64,000 bases of DNA. Source: an uncultured Gemmatimonadales bacterium (GTDB lineage Bacteria > Gemmatimonadota > Gemmatimonadetes > Gemmatimonadales > GWC2-71-9). A program made the translations under genes and the position numbers. The notes under the pieces were generated by a model, which saw only the letters and a program-made list of their open reading frames with translations, was not told the DNA's origin and ran no database searches. Positions 20,530 to 33,500 of the stretch are shown here, piece by piece (within the stretch, counting starts at the first letter, position 1; every line of letters begins with the position of its first letter). The stretch is taken from assembly GCA_963821385.1 (NCBI GenBank), contig CAWGDK010000008.1, positions 155,909 through 219,908 on the forward strand, given 5' to 3'.

Positions 20530-21718
20530 TCGCTCCACCGCGCGGCGACGTACTCCTCGAGAATCTTCAGGAATTCGGCGACGATCGTGTCGCCCTTCAA
20601 TGTCACCCGCAGCCGTCCATCGACAAACACCGGAGCTTTCGGCTCCTCGAACGTGCCCGGCAAGGAAATGCCGATGTCGGCGTGCTTCGATTCGCCGGGA
20701 CCGTTGACCACGCAGCCCATCACCGCCACGCGCAGCTCTTCGGAGCCCGGGTAGCGCCGCTGCCACTCGGGCCGCTGCGCGCGCAGATAGTCCTGGATCT
20801 GCTCCGCCATCTCCTGGAAAAACGTCGAGGTCGTCCGTCCGCAGCCCGGGCACGCGGTCACTTGCGGCGAGAAGCTCCGGATCCCGAGCGACTGCAGGAT
20901 CTGCTGCGCCACCTGCACTTCCTCGGTGCGGTCGCCGCCGGGCCGCGGCGTGAGCGAAACGCGGATCGTGTCGCCGATGCCTTCCTGCAGCAGAATCGCG
21001 AGCGCGGCACTGCTGGCGACGACGCCCTTGCTCCCCATGCCCGCTTCGGTGAGGCCCAGGTGCAACGGATAGTCGGCTCGCCGTGCGAGCTGGCGATACA
21101 CGTCCACCAGATCCTGCACGCCGCGACACCTTCGCCGAGAGGATGATGCGGTCGTGCGGCAGGCCGGTTTGCTCGGCGAGCGTCGCCGACCGCACCGCGC
21201 TCTCGACCATCGCATCCATGGTGACGTCGCGCGCGTCGCGCGGCTCGGCGGCCTTCGCGTTGACGTCCATCATCTCGGTCAGGAGCTGCTGGTCGAGGCT
21301 GCCCCAGTTGACGCCGATGCGGACCGGCTTGCCGTTATCGATCGCGACCTGGACGATGGTGCGGAAGTTGTCGTCCCGGCGCTTGGCGCCGACGTTGCCG
21401 GGATTGATGCGGTACTTGGCCAGCGCCTCGGCGCACTTCGGGTACTTGGTGAGCAGCAGGTGACCGTTGTAGTGGAAGTCGCCGATGACGGGCGCCTCGA
21501 CCTGCCGCACGATGTCCGGGACCGCCTGCGCCGCGGCGTCGTTGTTGACGGTGACCCGCACCAACTCGGAGCCGGCTTCGTGCGAGCGCGCGCACCTGGG
21601 CGACCGTCGCGTCCACGTCGGCCGTGTCCGTGTTGGTCATGGACTGGACGACGATCGGGTGGGCGGAGCCCACTTTGACGCCGCCAACGACGACGGTGGG
21701 AGTGCGACGACGGTGCAT
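20496..21718 (-). CDS. ispG: 4-hydroxy-3-methylbut-2-en-1-yl diphosphate synthase IspG (two apparent frameshifts, near 21590 and 21125)
   Basis: [69 protein letters not shown] across three frames. Confidence 0.95.
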
Positions 21719-21751
21719 GGAGGAGAATCTAACCCACAACCAGGCCCTAGC

Positions 21752-24700
21752 TCAGAACCTCAGCCGGCTGATGCTGCTGCTCGAGTAGTTCGCCGTGTAG
21801 ACCTGCCCGTTTCCGGCATCGACCGCGACGCCCTGCTCCTGGTCCGAGAAGCCCGTCCCCGCGTTGATGAAGCCGGATATGAAATCCGTCGCACCGTCGA
21901 ACACCAGAAGGAACGAGTTGAATCTCGTGCCGACGTAGACGCGGTTGTTGACGACGTCAACGGCCACACTGGCAAACTCATAGTTGAACTGGGGCACCGT
22001 CGTGACCAGGGAGTTCGTGGCCCCATCGATGACGTACAAGTTGAATGGGAACTGTCCCGAGAAGCGCTGGTCGATCACGTACACCCGGTTGGTGACCGGA
22101 TTCACGGCCAGCGCGAACGGCTGGGTCCCCACCGGGATCCGTTTGACGATGGTCTTGGCGATCGGATCGACCGCCACCACCATGTCGCTGTCGGGAATCG
22201 CCACATACACGAGGCCATTGGCCCGGTTGAACGCGGCCGCGGTCCCGGCATCCGGCAGCGGGGTGTCGTTGGTGGGCGTGAACGTGCTGGTGGCCCCGGT
22301 GATCATGCGCAGCACCGGATTCGGGCCGGCGCCGAGCGCGTCGACGGTCACGTAGATCCGGTTCAAGACGGAATCGACGGTCAACCCGACCTGGTTCGTC
22401 ACGCCCTGCTGGTTCGTCCCCACCGGGACCATGGCGATTCTCGACAGGTTGGTGCCGTCCAGAACGGCCACGCCGGAATCAGTCGCCGCATATACCCGGT
22501 TCGTACTGGTGTTGACGGCGACCGCGAAGACGGAATTCCCGGCCGTCGTGGAGTCGGCGATGCGCATTGGTCGTTCCGTTCACCTGATAGAGCTGGCCGC
22601 CCTGGTGTCCCACGTACACAAGGTGACTCTGCGGGTTGGCGGCAATCGCCCATGGTTGCAAGCCCACGGTCTGTTGATCGATCACCGGGTTGACCACGCG
22701 CGCAAAGCCGTAGGCCGTGTCCCCCGGGCCGCGCACCGCGAGGGCCGCGATGTACTCGGCGCCCAGCGGCGTGCTGTCGACCCGGACGATGGCCTGATGC
22801 GGCGTCGCCGTATCGGTGATCGTCAGGTGCTTGTTGAACGAGAAATCGTTGCGCCAATGGATCGGCGTCGTCGTCATCGTATCGCCGCCCTGATCCACGG
22901 CGACGGCCTGGAACGTGGCCGTGCCCCCCACGAGCACGAGCTGGGAGTCCGGGGTGACCACGACGAAGGACGGCAGCTGCTGCACCAGGATCGGCAGCGT
23001 GTCGGAGCCGAAGTTGTTCGAGCTGTTGTCCTTCACCACGAGACGCACAAACCCGTTCGTCTGCGCCGTCACGGTCGCCGAATCATTGGCCGGCGCTCCA
23101 CGCGTGCGTGAACGTGACCGGAGACCCCGCCGGCGGGACAAGGCTCCACCCGAATTGGGCGTTCTGGTTACCGACCGGCGCCAGCCCAGAATCCACGACG
23201 AGCGCGCGGAATTCCTGTTGGCAGAAGGAATTTGGCTGCGCGCCGACACAGTGAATTGAACACGGCCGTGTCTGGCGTGGTCTGAACGCCATTGAAGGCG
23301 AACGGGTCGCGGTCGATCTTCACGCCGGCGACGCCCGGGGTCATCGTAATGACGACCGAGTCCTCGATCGGGCCGGAAATGCCGTTGTAGAGCGCCCGGA
23401 ACACAAACGGTGACGGTTGATTCTGGGTGGCGTGAAAGAAAATCGTGTCGCCGTCGATGCCGCCACTCGAGTGGATCGAATCGATCACGCCCGGCACCGG
23501 GAAGGTGAAGCAACTCCCATTGGCGATGTCGAAGCAGCTCGACGTGAACGGCGTGGCGTTGTTGGACGCGTCATGGGAGTGTGTGACGATCACGCCACGC
23601 CGGTCGGTGCTGGTGAACGTGATGGAGTTCGGCGACGTAACTGTGCCTTGCGAGAGCGGGCCTAGCAGCGCCCAGTTCACCGCCGTGCTGGCTCCCGGCA
23701 GCACATCGATGAAGTAATCGGTGAATCCCCCGCCGCCCGTCGCGTGTGCCGTCATGCGGCCGGCCGTGTTGGTGAACTTCCACCCCACGTTCACTCGGCC
23801 GCCGATGTCACTCGACGAGCTGGGCGGCGCCAGAGAGCTCACGCCGCTTGGAATCGGGATCCACGACACGTTCTGCCCCACGACGCCGCGGCCGTTCGCG
23901 TCGATCACCCGGGCGTAGATCCCGATCGAGTCGTTCAGGGGCACCGAATTCAACAGACTATCAACGGTCGTCGTGACCCCGACCGCGGGACCGATGGGGA
24001 AAAACGGCGTCGTCGCGAAGGGGGTTACCCGGACGGCGTACTGGTTGGTGCTCGCCCGGCCGAGACTGTCCTGGAACTGGAAGCCCGTGTGGGCCCCCAG
24101 CACGTCGCCCCACCAGTTGTTCGGAGCGTTGATGGAGTCCTGCGGCGGCACGGAGCTAAACGCACCCTGAGCCACGGACCCGCGATAGTGATAGAGATCC
24201 GACCCGGTGATGGTGAGCCGGCCGCCGCCCGTGGAGCGGGTCCGGATCATCGGGTCCGGCTTGTTCAGGTAGAACTGGCTCGCCGTGACATCGACCGTGC
24301 CCGTGCCGCCACGATTGAAGTCGAGCGCGATCGCGTTGGACCGCCGCACGATGAGGTTGTTGAACGACAGGTTGATGTTCGTCGGCGCGATCGAGTCGGT
24401 GAAGCGCAGCGCGCCGAACGGAATCGCGCTGCAGTCGCCAAAGCACGGCTGGACGAACCCGGCCCGATCGACGTCCACGTGTTGGAACACGTTGCCGGCT
24501 CCCGGCAGGTGCCAGTCGATCCCATGCCAGCCCTGCGGCAACAGGCCGCTGGCCGTGAGCAGGATCTTCCCCGTCGCTCCGTTGGCCGCGAGCGCGGACG
24601 GCACCGAGCCGCCCACGAGAATCCCCGCCGAGCTGTCGAACGCGACCGTATCCCCCGGCGCCAGCGTGAACGTGGCCCCCGAGTCGATGACCGTGGTGCG

Positions 24701-27700
24701 CGACGCGCGCCACACGTAGCCCGAGAAGTTGGGCAACGTGGCGTTGGCGGTGAGCAATCCACCGGTGAACAGCAGCGTGTCCGATGCCGCCGTGGTGATG
24801 GCGTTGTTCTGCAAGGCCCGCAGCCCGGCCGCCGTCATCGACAGCGCGTATTGCGTCCCGGGGAACGTATTGCCGGCGATCGAATCCGCGGCCGTCAGCT
24901 GGGTCCCGTTCTCCATGAACGCGGCGACCCCGATCGCGTGATTCTGGATCGTGTCGTTCACGACCTTGAAGCCCTTGTCCTGAATCGCGATCCCGAAGCC
25001 CGCGTTCTGGAACAGCATGCTGTTGCGAATCTCGGTGCCGCTAGTCCCGATGATGGCCACCCCGGCCGAATTCGTGGGCGAGCTGGCCGAGCCGCCGTTC
25101 GAAATGTTGGCGCCAATCAGGACAAACGGTCCCGGAACCGGGCTGCGAACCATGAGACCCGCGCGATGAATCGTGTAGCCCGGGATGGAATCGCCGGCGT
25201 CCGAGATGCGGACGAAGCGCAACGTGTCCGGACCCGCCAGCCGCCCAATCTCCAGCCCGACCCAGGTTCCCGGGATCGGATTCACGCCGATCAGGGCCGC
25301 CCGATTGAGCGTGGTGGTGGCGAGCGAGCGGATCGTGCCGCTGCGGGTGCCGGCGCTGTCGCCGATCCGCAGGCCGGTCTGCCCCTCGAACCGCAACACC
25401 ACGTTCGAATCGAGCGTCACCGCTTGCCCACCCACTCGGCCGATATCGAGCAGGCCCGGCTGACGAATCAGGTAGCCGTTGAGGCCGATCGGCTGGGGCT
25501 GCGCGAAGATCGTGAACGCCGCCACGGTCGAATCCGGCCGTCCCGGCCTGGACCTCGATCAAGTTGGTGCCGTTCCCGACGATCGAATCCTGCTTCAGCA
25601 GGCCGGGCAGCTGGAACGCGTTCAGCGCGATGCCCGTCACGGCATTGCCCAGGAACCGGTTCCCGCTCGACGGCAACAGCCGCGAGGTGAGCGTGGCGAA
25701 GAACAACCCCTCCTGCCCCGCATGGCGGATCGTGGTCGAATCGAGCTCGAGCTGCGCGTCGAAGTCGACGTGGATACCCGACCCCGTAACCGTGTCGACC
25801 GTGCTGCGGTGCACGTGCGCCGTGCCGCCAAAGTGGTGGATCGCGGCGTGCACGCACTGGCGGATGTGCAGGCTGTCCAGATCGAGCGCGGCGCCGGAGC
25901 GGTTCACGATCAGCACGCACGCCTCGGAGAGGACGGCGCCGAACGGCGGCCGGGTGCCGCCGCCGTATTCGATCGTCGTGTTCTGCCAGGCCGGTCCACC
26001 GAGCGCGCGCTGCACTTCGATGCCGCGCCAGAAGCCCGGGACGGGCGTCCCGGTATTGGCGGTAAGCAAGATGCCGAGCCCGGCGCCGTCCATGTTCAGG
26101 CGGCCGGTCTGGCCCAGCGCGGTGTCGCCGATCTGGAGCCCGGTCCCGGGGTCGAACTTCACGATGGCGCCGGGCTGAATGGTGAGCGTGGCGCCATTGC
26201 GCACGTGGATGTAGCTGCCGACGATGTGCGGGCTCGCCGCCGCGGTCCAGGTGGAATCCGCCAGAATGTCCGATGTGTGCACCGACGAGAAGACGCGGAT
26301 CGTCGGCAGCGGCGCCGAGGTCACCGCATTGCCGTTGATCGTGGCGCCGATGGTGGTCGCGGTGCCCGCGTTCACGCCGGTGAACGTCGCCGTGTAGCTG
26401 CCGTCCGCGTGATCGGTGGTGGCGCTGATGGTGCCGGTGCTGGTGCCGCCCGACTGCGTGAACACCACGGTCGCGCCACCGGAGGTGATCGCGTTCCCGG
26501 CTCCATCCTTCGCCTGCAGCGTCAGCGTCGCCACACCACCGGTCGACAGCACCGAATCGGAGCTCGTGACCACCGACGTGACGGTCGAGATGCCGCTCGT
26601 GATGACGGTGATGGTCGGCAGCGTGCTCGTGACGGGCGTCCCATTGATGGTGGCACCGATGGTCGTCGCCGTGCCGGCGGTTTGGCCCGTGAACGTCGCC
26701 GTGTAGGTGCCGTCGTCGTTGTCCGTCGCCGGGCTGGGCGCGATGCTTCCCGCGCTCGTGCCGCCGGAGTGGTTGAAGATGACGGTGAGCCCACCGACCG
26801 TGATGTTGTTCCCGGCCGAATCCTTGGCCTGCAGCGTCAGGGTCGACGTGCCGCCCGATTGAATCGTGTCGTTCGACACGGTGATCACCGAACGCGCCGC
26901 CGTCGTGTTGCCTGCCACGACGGTGATCGTCGTGGTCGAGGTGGCGAGCACGCCGCCGATCGTGGCCCGGATCGTCGTGGCGGTCCCGGCCGAGTCGGCG
27001 GTGAACACCGCGGTGTAGGTGCCGTTGGCGTGGTCGGTCGTGGCCCCGATGGTCCCCGTGCTGGTGCCGCCCGTCCGGGAGAAGACGACGGTCGCCCCGC
27101 CCGCCGTGAGCGAATTGCCGGCCGAGTCCTTGGCCAGGAGTGTCAGCGTCGCGGTGGCCCCCGACGATACGGTGCCGCTGGAGGTCGAAACGACGGACGT
27201 GAGCGGGGAGATCGCGCCCGCCGTGACCGTGATCGTCGGCAATGTGGTCGTGACGGCGGTGCCGTTGATGGTCGCCCCGACGGTCGTCGCGGTACCCACG
27301 GTGACGCCGGTGAACGTCGCGGTGTAGGTGCCGTCGCTGTGGTCCGTCGTGGCGCCGATCGTGCCGATGCTGGTCCCGCCCGTGGTCGTAAAGACGACGG
27401 TCGCGCCGCCGGTCGTGAGGTTGTTGCCGAACGCGTCCTTGCCGCGCAGGGTCAGCGTGGCGCCGATGCCCGAGGCGACGGTGGGGCTCGACACGGTCAC
27501 CAGCGATTGGGCCGTCGAAATGGCCCCCGCCGTGCCCGTGGCGGTGAACGTGGCGGGAGGCAAGGCACCGACCGCCGCGCGGTATGTCTGCGCGCCCGCC
27601 ACCGTGCCGAGCGTCGCCGTGTCGTCGGCAAAGCCCAGGCTGTCGGTGAACACCACCGAATCCTTCACGCTGCCGCCACCGCTCACGACCGAGAACTTCA

Positions 27701-28511
27701 CGCCGACGCCCTGGACACCGAGGGCATCGCTGGCGGTCACACGCGCCCGCAGCGGAACCGGCAGCCGCGTGCCTACGGTCCCGGTCTGGCCCGACCCAGC
27801 GGCAACAGCGACGGCCGCCGGCACCGGGAAGAACGTGACGCGCGTCGAATCCCGCACGCCGTTCGGTGTCACGCCGCGCACGAACACGGTGCCGCGTGCG
27901 TTCGGCGCCTGCAGCAGCCCACCGCCGTTGATCGGCGCCAGGGCGGTGTCGCTGGTGGACCAGCTCACATAAAAGGAAGGCACCGGCACCCCGTTCGAAT
28001 CGGCGGTCGCTCGGAACTGGGCCGTGCCGTTCAGGGTGACGGCTGAGTCGCGGGGTGCGAGGTGCAACGCCGTGAGTCCGGAACCCGGTCCCACGTACCC
28101 GAGCGTGATGGTGCCGGAGCCGGTCGTATCCGGCGGGCCACTCGAGACCTGTGCCGTATCGGTGCCGGAGAACAGGACCACGGAGCCGGCACGGAGCTCG
28201 AGATGGAGCACGAACGTCTCGGTCGGCGCCTGGAGCAGCACGCCGAGCGACAAGTGCAGCGCCGCCGAATCAGGATCGAAGAAGACCGTCGTGTCGAGCG
28301 CCGTATCCGCGACGGGGCGGACCGCCACCACCCGCAGGCTGTCGATCGTGAGACCGAACGCGGCGAGATCGACCGGCGACGACAGCACGGGGCGGATCGC
28401 CAGATAGCCGCGCCCAAAACGGCCCGGACCGGTCGGGTGATCGCTGGTGCACGTGACGAGAGACGCGGTGAGGAGTACCGCGCGCAAAACGAGACGGCCC
28501 GGGGATCTCAT
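21752..28511 (-). CDS. Giant (~2250 aa) surface lipoprotein/adhesin with Ig-like repeats, beta-helix region and C-terminal YVTN beta-propeller (about 4 apparent frameshifts)
   Basis: LLTASLVTC signal; four ~100-aa invasin-like repeats; three TL.PG..V.F...GL.IG...W.GI repeats; NAPNNWWG; PFALAVNPVTNRVYV blades. ORF pieces 25041-28523, 23168-25525, 23083-23292, 22479-23513 and 21752-22567 join end to end. Confidence 0.75.
26295..27525 (-). repeat. Four tandem coding repeats (~310 bp each) of an invasin/Big_1-like Ig domain
   Basis: Each unit has TLTL.(A/G)KD..GN..T.GG.TV.F...GGTS.G.I....D..(D/N)G.YTA.FT....GTATT..ATI.G. Confidence 0.85.
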
Positions 28512-28547
28512 GAGGTTACGCAATGTGTCACGAACGGCGCGGTTCGG

Positions 28548-29117
28548 CTAGAAGATCTTGTCCTGTACGACCACCCGCAGCCGCAAAATGCTCACCGGCA
28601 CGGCTCGGCCGGTCAACGTGGGACCCGGATCCGCCGAAACGGAGGCCCGCACGCCGACCCAGAGCTGATCCTGGGTGAACAGCGTGTCGGCGAGTAGCGG
28701 CACCGAGATCGGCCCGATCACCTGGGTATCGGGGCCCGCGACAATCACCGAATCAGCCGCAAAGACGGAGCTCGCAAAAACCGTCGCGGAGTCGCTGCCG
28801 AAAAAGAGCTCCAGCTTGAACTTGCCCCCACCGGCCGTGTTGAGCACCGTCGCCCCGTACTGGAGCGTGACCGAGTCCACGCTGGAGTTGCCCATCCCGG
28901 GCGGCAGGTTGAGGGAGAACGCTTCCGAGATCTGTGGCAGCGACGTTCCGCCGGGGACGGAATAGGGAACCGTATCCGCCAACGTCGGATCGTAGCTGAG
29001 CACATCGATGTTGAAGATCGCCCGTCCTTCACCGCAGCCCGCCGACAACAGGACGCCACCTGCGAGGAGACGAATCCAGGTGCTTCGAGTGCGCGACATC
29101 GCGACTCCTGTGGACAT
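28548..29117 (-). CDS. Hypothetical lipoprotein, beta-rich
   Basis: RLLAGGVLLSAGC lipobox; TGATG coupling to the upstream barrel gene; alternative start at 29099. Confidence 0.7.
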   Translation of the reverse strand: MSTGVAMSRTRSTWIRLLAGGVLLSAGCGEGRAIFNIDVLSYDPTLADTVPYSVPGGTSLPQISEAFSLNLPPGMGNSSVDSVTLQYGATVLNTAGGGKFKLELFFGSDSATVFASSVFAADSVIVAGPDTQVIGPISVPLLADTLFTQDQLWVGVRASVSADPGPTLTGRAVPVSILRLRVVVQDKIF

Positions 29118-30478
29118 CAGTAGATGGAAATCGAGGACGCCATGGTAATGCCGCGCGCGGTGGAGAGGGCGCCCGAGTGCGTCGCGAACCCAACGTCGAG
29201 GCTGAACGGGCCGAACCGCACCCCCGTGCCCCATCCCAGTTGAATCCGCTTGCGCTGGTCGCGCTGCACGCCGCCGCGCACCGCCAGCGGCCCGATGCGC
29301 TGCTCCACCCCCATCTGAATGCTCGTGCCCCGCCCGTTATTCAACAGCATGGCCCCGAAGGTCGTGTTGGTGCCCATCTCGAGCGACGCGTTGGCCACAT
29401 AGGTGATGGGGAGCTTCGTCTTGGTCGACACATGGTTCGCCACGAGGCCCGAGCCGAAGTTATTGGCCGCCGTGTCGAACGTGTCGCGATCCACGCGGGT
29501 GTCGGGCCAGGTCAGCTTCGCGCCGATGTCGTTGATGCCGAACCCGACTTCCACCGGACCGGTAACGTACACGATCCCGACATCGGTCCCAAAGCCATGC
29601 CCGAAGGAATGGCCGGCCTTCGAGTACGAGACGAGGGCATCCACAGTGGGCGTCACCGGATTGGATCCGGCGAACAACGTGTCGCCCGTAACGAACCCCG
29701 CCGTGCCGACGACGGACCCGTAGGCGACGCCGAGATAGTAATGCACGGCGGCCCCCAGGTAGATGCCGCGCATGCTGTCGCCCCACACACGGCCGGCGTA
29801 GCCCAGCGTCGGCGCGAACCCGGCCTGCGCGATCGCGTCCGCGTCGCTGCCGTAGGTCGTGTTGGTCCGGGCCGGGTCCTGCTCGCGCAAGAATCGCAGC
29901 AACGTGTCGCCCAGCTGAAAACCGACCTCGTGGTCTTCCCACACCAGCACGCCTACGTGCACGCCCTTGATCGTGACGCCGAGATCGGCGAGTCGGCTCG
30001 TTCCCCCGAACCCGAATCGGTCGGTGGGAACCAGTTGGGAAGCCGAGCCGAGATCCACGATCAGCGAGTCCCGCCCGATGGTGAACTCCACATCGTTGGT
30101 GAACGTCGGGACCTTCTTGATCTCCAGGAAGATCGGCGGGTGCAGGATGTAGTTCGCGAGCGCGATGGGATTGAAGTACGACGAGTCGAAATCGAACGCC
30201 GTGCTGTCCTTGAGTGCCTGGAACAGCCCCAGCGGAATCGGAATGGTGAGTTTGGCGGTCCGGCCCTCGCGGGCGGGCACGGCGTGATACGCCGGATTGA
30301 AGCGCCCCAGGGCTCCGTCTCGGCTCAGGCTGACACCGGCCATGCCGGTGCGTCGCGCATCGAACGACAGCTGCGCGCGGGCAGCCGGAGCCAGGCCCAG
30401 GAGCCAGCCGACCGATACCAGAAGCACGAGCCTGTGCCGCACGATCCACCTCGGACGGGAACGGGAGAATGGTGGCAT
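29117..30478 (-). CDS. Outer-membrane beta-barrel protein (FadL/TraF/PorV-like hatch motif)
   Basis: Signal peptide ending PAARA-Q; DARRTGMAG then NPA near the N-terminus; amphipathic strands; terminal aromatic residue (SISIY). Confidence 0.7.
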   Translation of the reverse strand: MPPFSRSRPRWIVRHRLVLLVSVGWLLGLAPAARAQLSFDARRTGMAGVSLSRDGALGRFNPAYHAVPAREGRTAKLTIPIPLGLFQALKDSTAFDFDSSYFNPIALANYILHPPIFLEIKKVPTFTNDVEFTIGRDSLIVDLGSASQLVPTDRFGFGGTSRLADLGVTIKGVHVGVLVWEDHEVGFQLGDTLLRFLREQDPARTNTTYGSDADAIAQAGFAPTLGYAGRVWGDSMRGIYLGAAVHYYLGVAYGSVVGTAGFVTGDTLFAGSNPVTPTVDALVSYSKAGHSFGHGFGTDVGIVYVTGPVEVGFGINDIGAKLTWPDTRVDRDTFDTAANNFGSGLVANHVSTKTKLPITYVANASLEMGTNTTFGAMLLNNGRGTSIQMGVEQRIGPLAVRGGVQRDQRKRIQLGWGTGVRFGPFSLDVGFATHSGALSTARGITMASSISIY

Positions 30479-30506
30479 CCGCAGGGCTCTAATGTTGTGA
30501 GTCGGA

Positions 30507-33500
30507 TCACGCCGCACCAGCCTTTGGGGCCCCGCGCAGCACCATTTGGACCGTTGTACCGCTCCCCAAGGCGCTGGTGAGGGTGATGGTGCCGCCCCAG
30601 CTCTCGACCAGCCGCCGGGCGATCGCGAGTCCCAACCCCGATCCGCTCGAGCGGGTGGAAAAGGCCGGCTCGAACACGCGTTCTTGCGCTTCCGGCGGCA
30701 CGCCACTGCCGTCGTCCGTGACCGTGAGCCGGAGCCCCTCCTGGTCCACCCCGACGCGCACCGCGCGCGCACCGGCGATACGGGCGTTCTCCACCAGATT
30801 TACGAGCACTTCTTTTACTTCGTCCCGGCGCGCGTGGGCCGCCAGTCCCGCCGCGCCCGTCAGCACCACCCGCGCCCCGCCGGGCTCATCGCCCAGCGCG
30901 TACAGCTGGACGACATCCCGCGCCATGGCGTGCAGATCGACAGCTTCGAGCGGTGGCTGGCCCTCGGTGGGCGCGCCGAAACGAGAGAAGGCACGCGCGA
31001 TCGTGTCCAGCCGATCGATCTCCGCGAGAATCCGCTGCGCCGTTTCGCGCAGCGTGCGATCGAAGTCGGCGCGCGCACCGGCGCCGTACACGCGCTCCAG
31101 ATGTTGAATGCCGAGCCGGATCGGCGTCAGCGGGTTCTTGATTTCGTGCGCCACCTGCCGCGCCATCTCTCCCCAGGCGAGCACGCGGGATGCGCGCGCC
31201 AGGGCCGTGGTGTCATCCAGGGCGACGACGCACCCGTCGCGCGAGCTGCCCTCGCCCAGCGGGGCGAGCTGCACACGGATATCGCGTCCGGCAATCACGA
31301 AATCCCGCTCGACGATGTCCGTCGCCGGCGTCCCAAGAAACGTTCGGACGGCTTCCCACACCGGTGTCCACGCCGGGTCGGTGGCGCTGGACACGACGTC
31401 TCCCGGATCGAGATCCGCCCCGAGCAGCTCCTCGGCGCGTGGGTTGGCGATCGTCACGCGCAGCCCATCGTCCACTGCGACCACACCCGTGGCCACGTTG
31501 GCGAGGACTTGCGCCGTGCGCTGCCGCGATTCTTCCAACGCCGCCTGGCTGCGGCGCACGTCGCGCACCATGCGCTCGAACGCCGTGAGCACGGGCGCGA
31601 ACTCGGAAGGCACGTCCGCCGGAAACGGCGGCGGCGCGGCGCCCTGCCCCACCGCCAGCGCCGCATCGCGCAGCACCGCGACCGGTTGTGCCAGCGTGCG
31701 CGCCACGACGCCAGCCAGCGTGCCTGCGGCAATCAATCCAATCACCGTCGCGAGGATCAGCACCAGACCGAGATCCTCCTGTTGGCGACGCACCGCTTCA
31801 TCGTCGAGCAGCTGAGGGGCGGCCAGGATGACTTCGTCATGCGGCGCTCCCGCCTCCACTACGCGATACCCGACGCGGATGGGTCGACCCGCGGTGCGAT
31901 CATCGACAGTCAATTCCTGCTCGTCCTCATAGGTGAGACGCCGCTCGACGGTCGGCTCGAGCAGCGGGTCCACGAGGGCCAGCTCGCCGAGCACCGAGGG
32001 ACTCGTGCCGGCCAGCTCACCGCCGCGGTACGCCCACAGGTCGGCGTCCAGCCGCCGGCCCAGATCCGAAACCATTGCCGCGAGCGCGTCGACCCCACCC
32101 GGCGTCGTTTCGCCCGCGGACGCCGAGGCATCGCGCAGCGTCTGGCGGATGAGCAGATCCCCACTCGCCCGCGCCGTATCGCCAAGGCGGGCAAAGCTGG
32201 ATAAGGCGAAGGCGAGGACGGGCACGATGAAAAACGCGGCCAGCGCGAGCGCCAGGCGCCCGCGATAACTCGCCAGGGCTTTGCGCAGCGAGGGCAGGCG
32301 GGGAGTCCATCCGCCCGCCACGAGCCGGCTCAGGGCCCACGCGGCGGCAAGCAGGGCGACGTCGACCAGGACCACCAGCACGCCGCGCACCAATGCGGCC
32401 CACGGGCCGCGCAGGTCCACGTGCAGATGCACGTGGCGCACCCCGCCGGGGAGCTCGACCCGCCGGTCGCCGCGGGCGGTCCACCCGGTCCGTCGCCATT
32501 GCACGACGATCGGCTCGGGCGCCGGGGTCGGCAGGGAGAGCGAGATCTCATACGGGGGCTCCGCCGCGCGCTCACCGCGAAGAAACCGGGCCACGCGGCT
32601 GGCGGGGACGAGGCGCGACCGCGGTCCCACGCCCACGCTCAGCACCGCGTGCCCGGGGAGCGGCGCCGTCAGCACGTACAGCGTGCCGGGAATCCGATCC
32701 AGCCGTTCCACGCGCGGCGCGGTGAGGGCGGTGTCGCTCGCCAGGGCGGCCAGCAACGGCGTCGGCAGATCGAGCGCGGCGAGACGCAGCTCGGCCGTCG
32801 CTCGACCGGTGCTGTCCCACGCCAGCAGCACCGTGGGATAGTCGAGGGAGGCGAGCGGCGAGTTGCGCCACAACACGTAGAGGTCGGCCGCGGTCCTGAG
32901 TGGCGGACCAGTCTGCACATCGCGCCCCAGGCGCTCCAGCTCCGCGACCGCCAACGGATCGGGATCGCTGCCGAGTCGCTGCGCGTCGCGCACCGCCAAT
33001 TGGAGCCGGCCCTCGAGCGCCGCGCCCCAGGTCACCAGGCCGGCCGCCGACCCCGCGACCACCGCGATGGCGAGCAACGCCCAGCGCCGCGGCGCCGGAA
33101 CGATGGCGCCCGCCAGAGCCGGCAGCCATAAGAACGTGTACCACTCGGGCCACGCCCCCGATGGCTGCCACAGCCACAGTCCCACCGCCCCGGCCAGTCC
33201 CGCCCAGATGCACGAGGCGGCGATGGTCCACGGCACGCGGTCGGGCTCCTCGCGCCCCCGTACCAACGCGGCGGCGAGCAGCACGAGCATCATGCTGGCC
33301 GCCGCGAGCGCCGCTTCCCACGACAACCACAGCCCGAAGCTCACACCGGATGCCGGCGGGGCGATGCCGCGCCCGAGGTAACGGACGAGGTAGGGCGCGT
33401 AGACCAGGAGGACCCCGGCCATGAGGAAACTCCACCACCGGCGCCGCGGACCGCGCCGCCACAGCGCGGCGGCCGCCAACAGACCCAGCACGACGATGGC

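Noticed and set aside
23744..28046. Long plus-strand ORFs (648 and 855 aa) and similar Arg/Ala/Gly/Pro-rich ORFs throughout the track
   Set aside because: Shadow frames of real genes in high-GC DNA, with no recognisable motifs.
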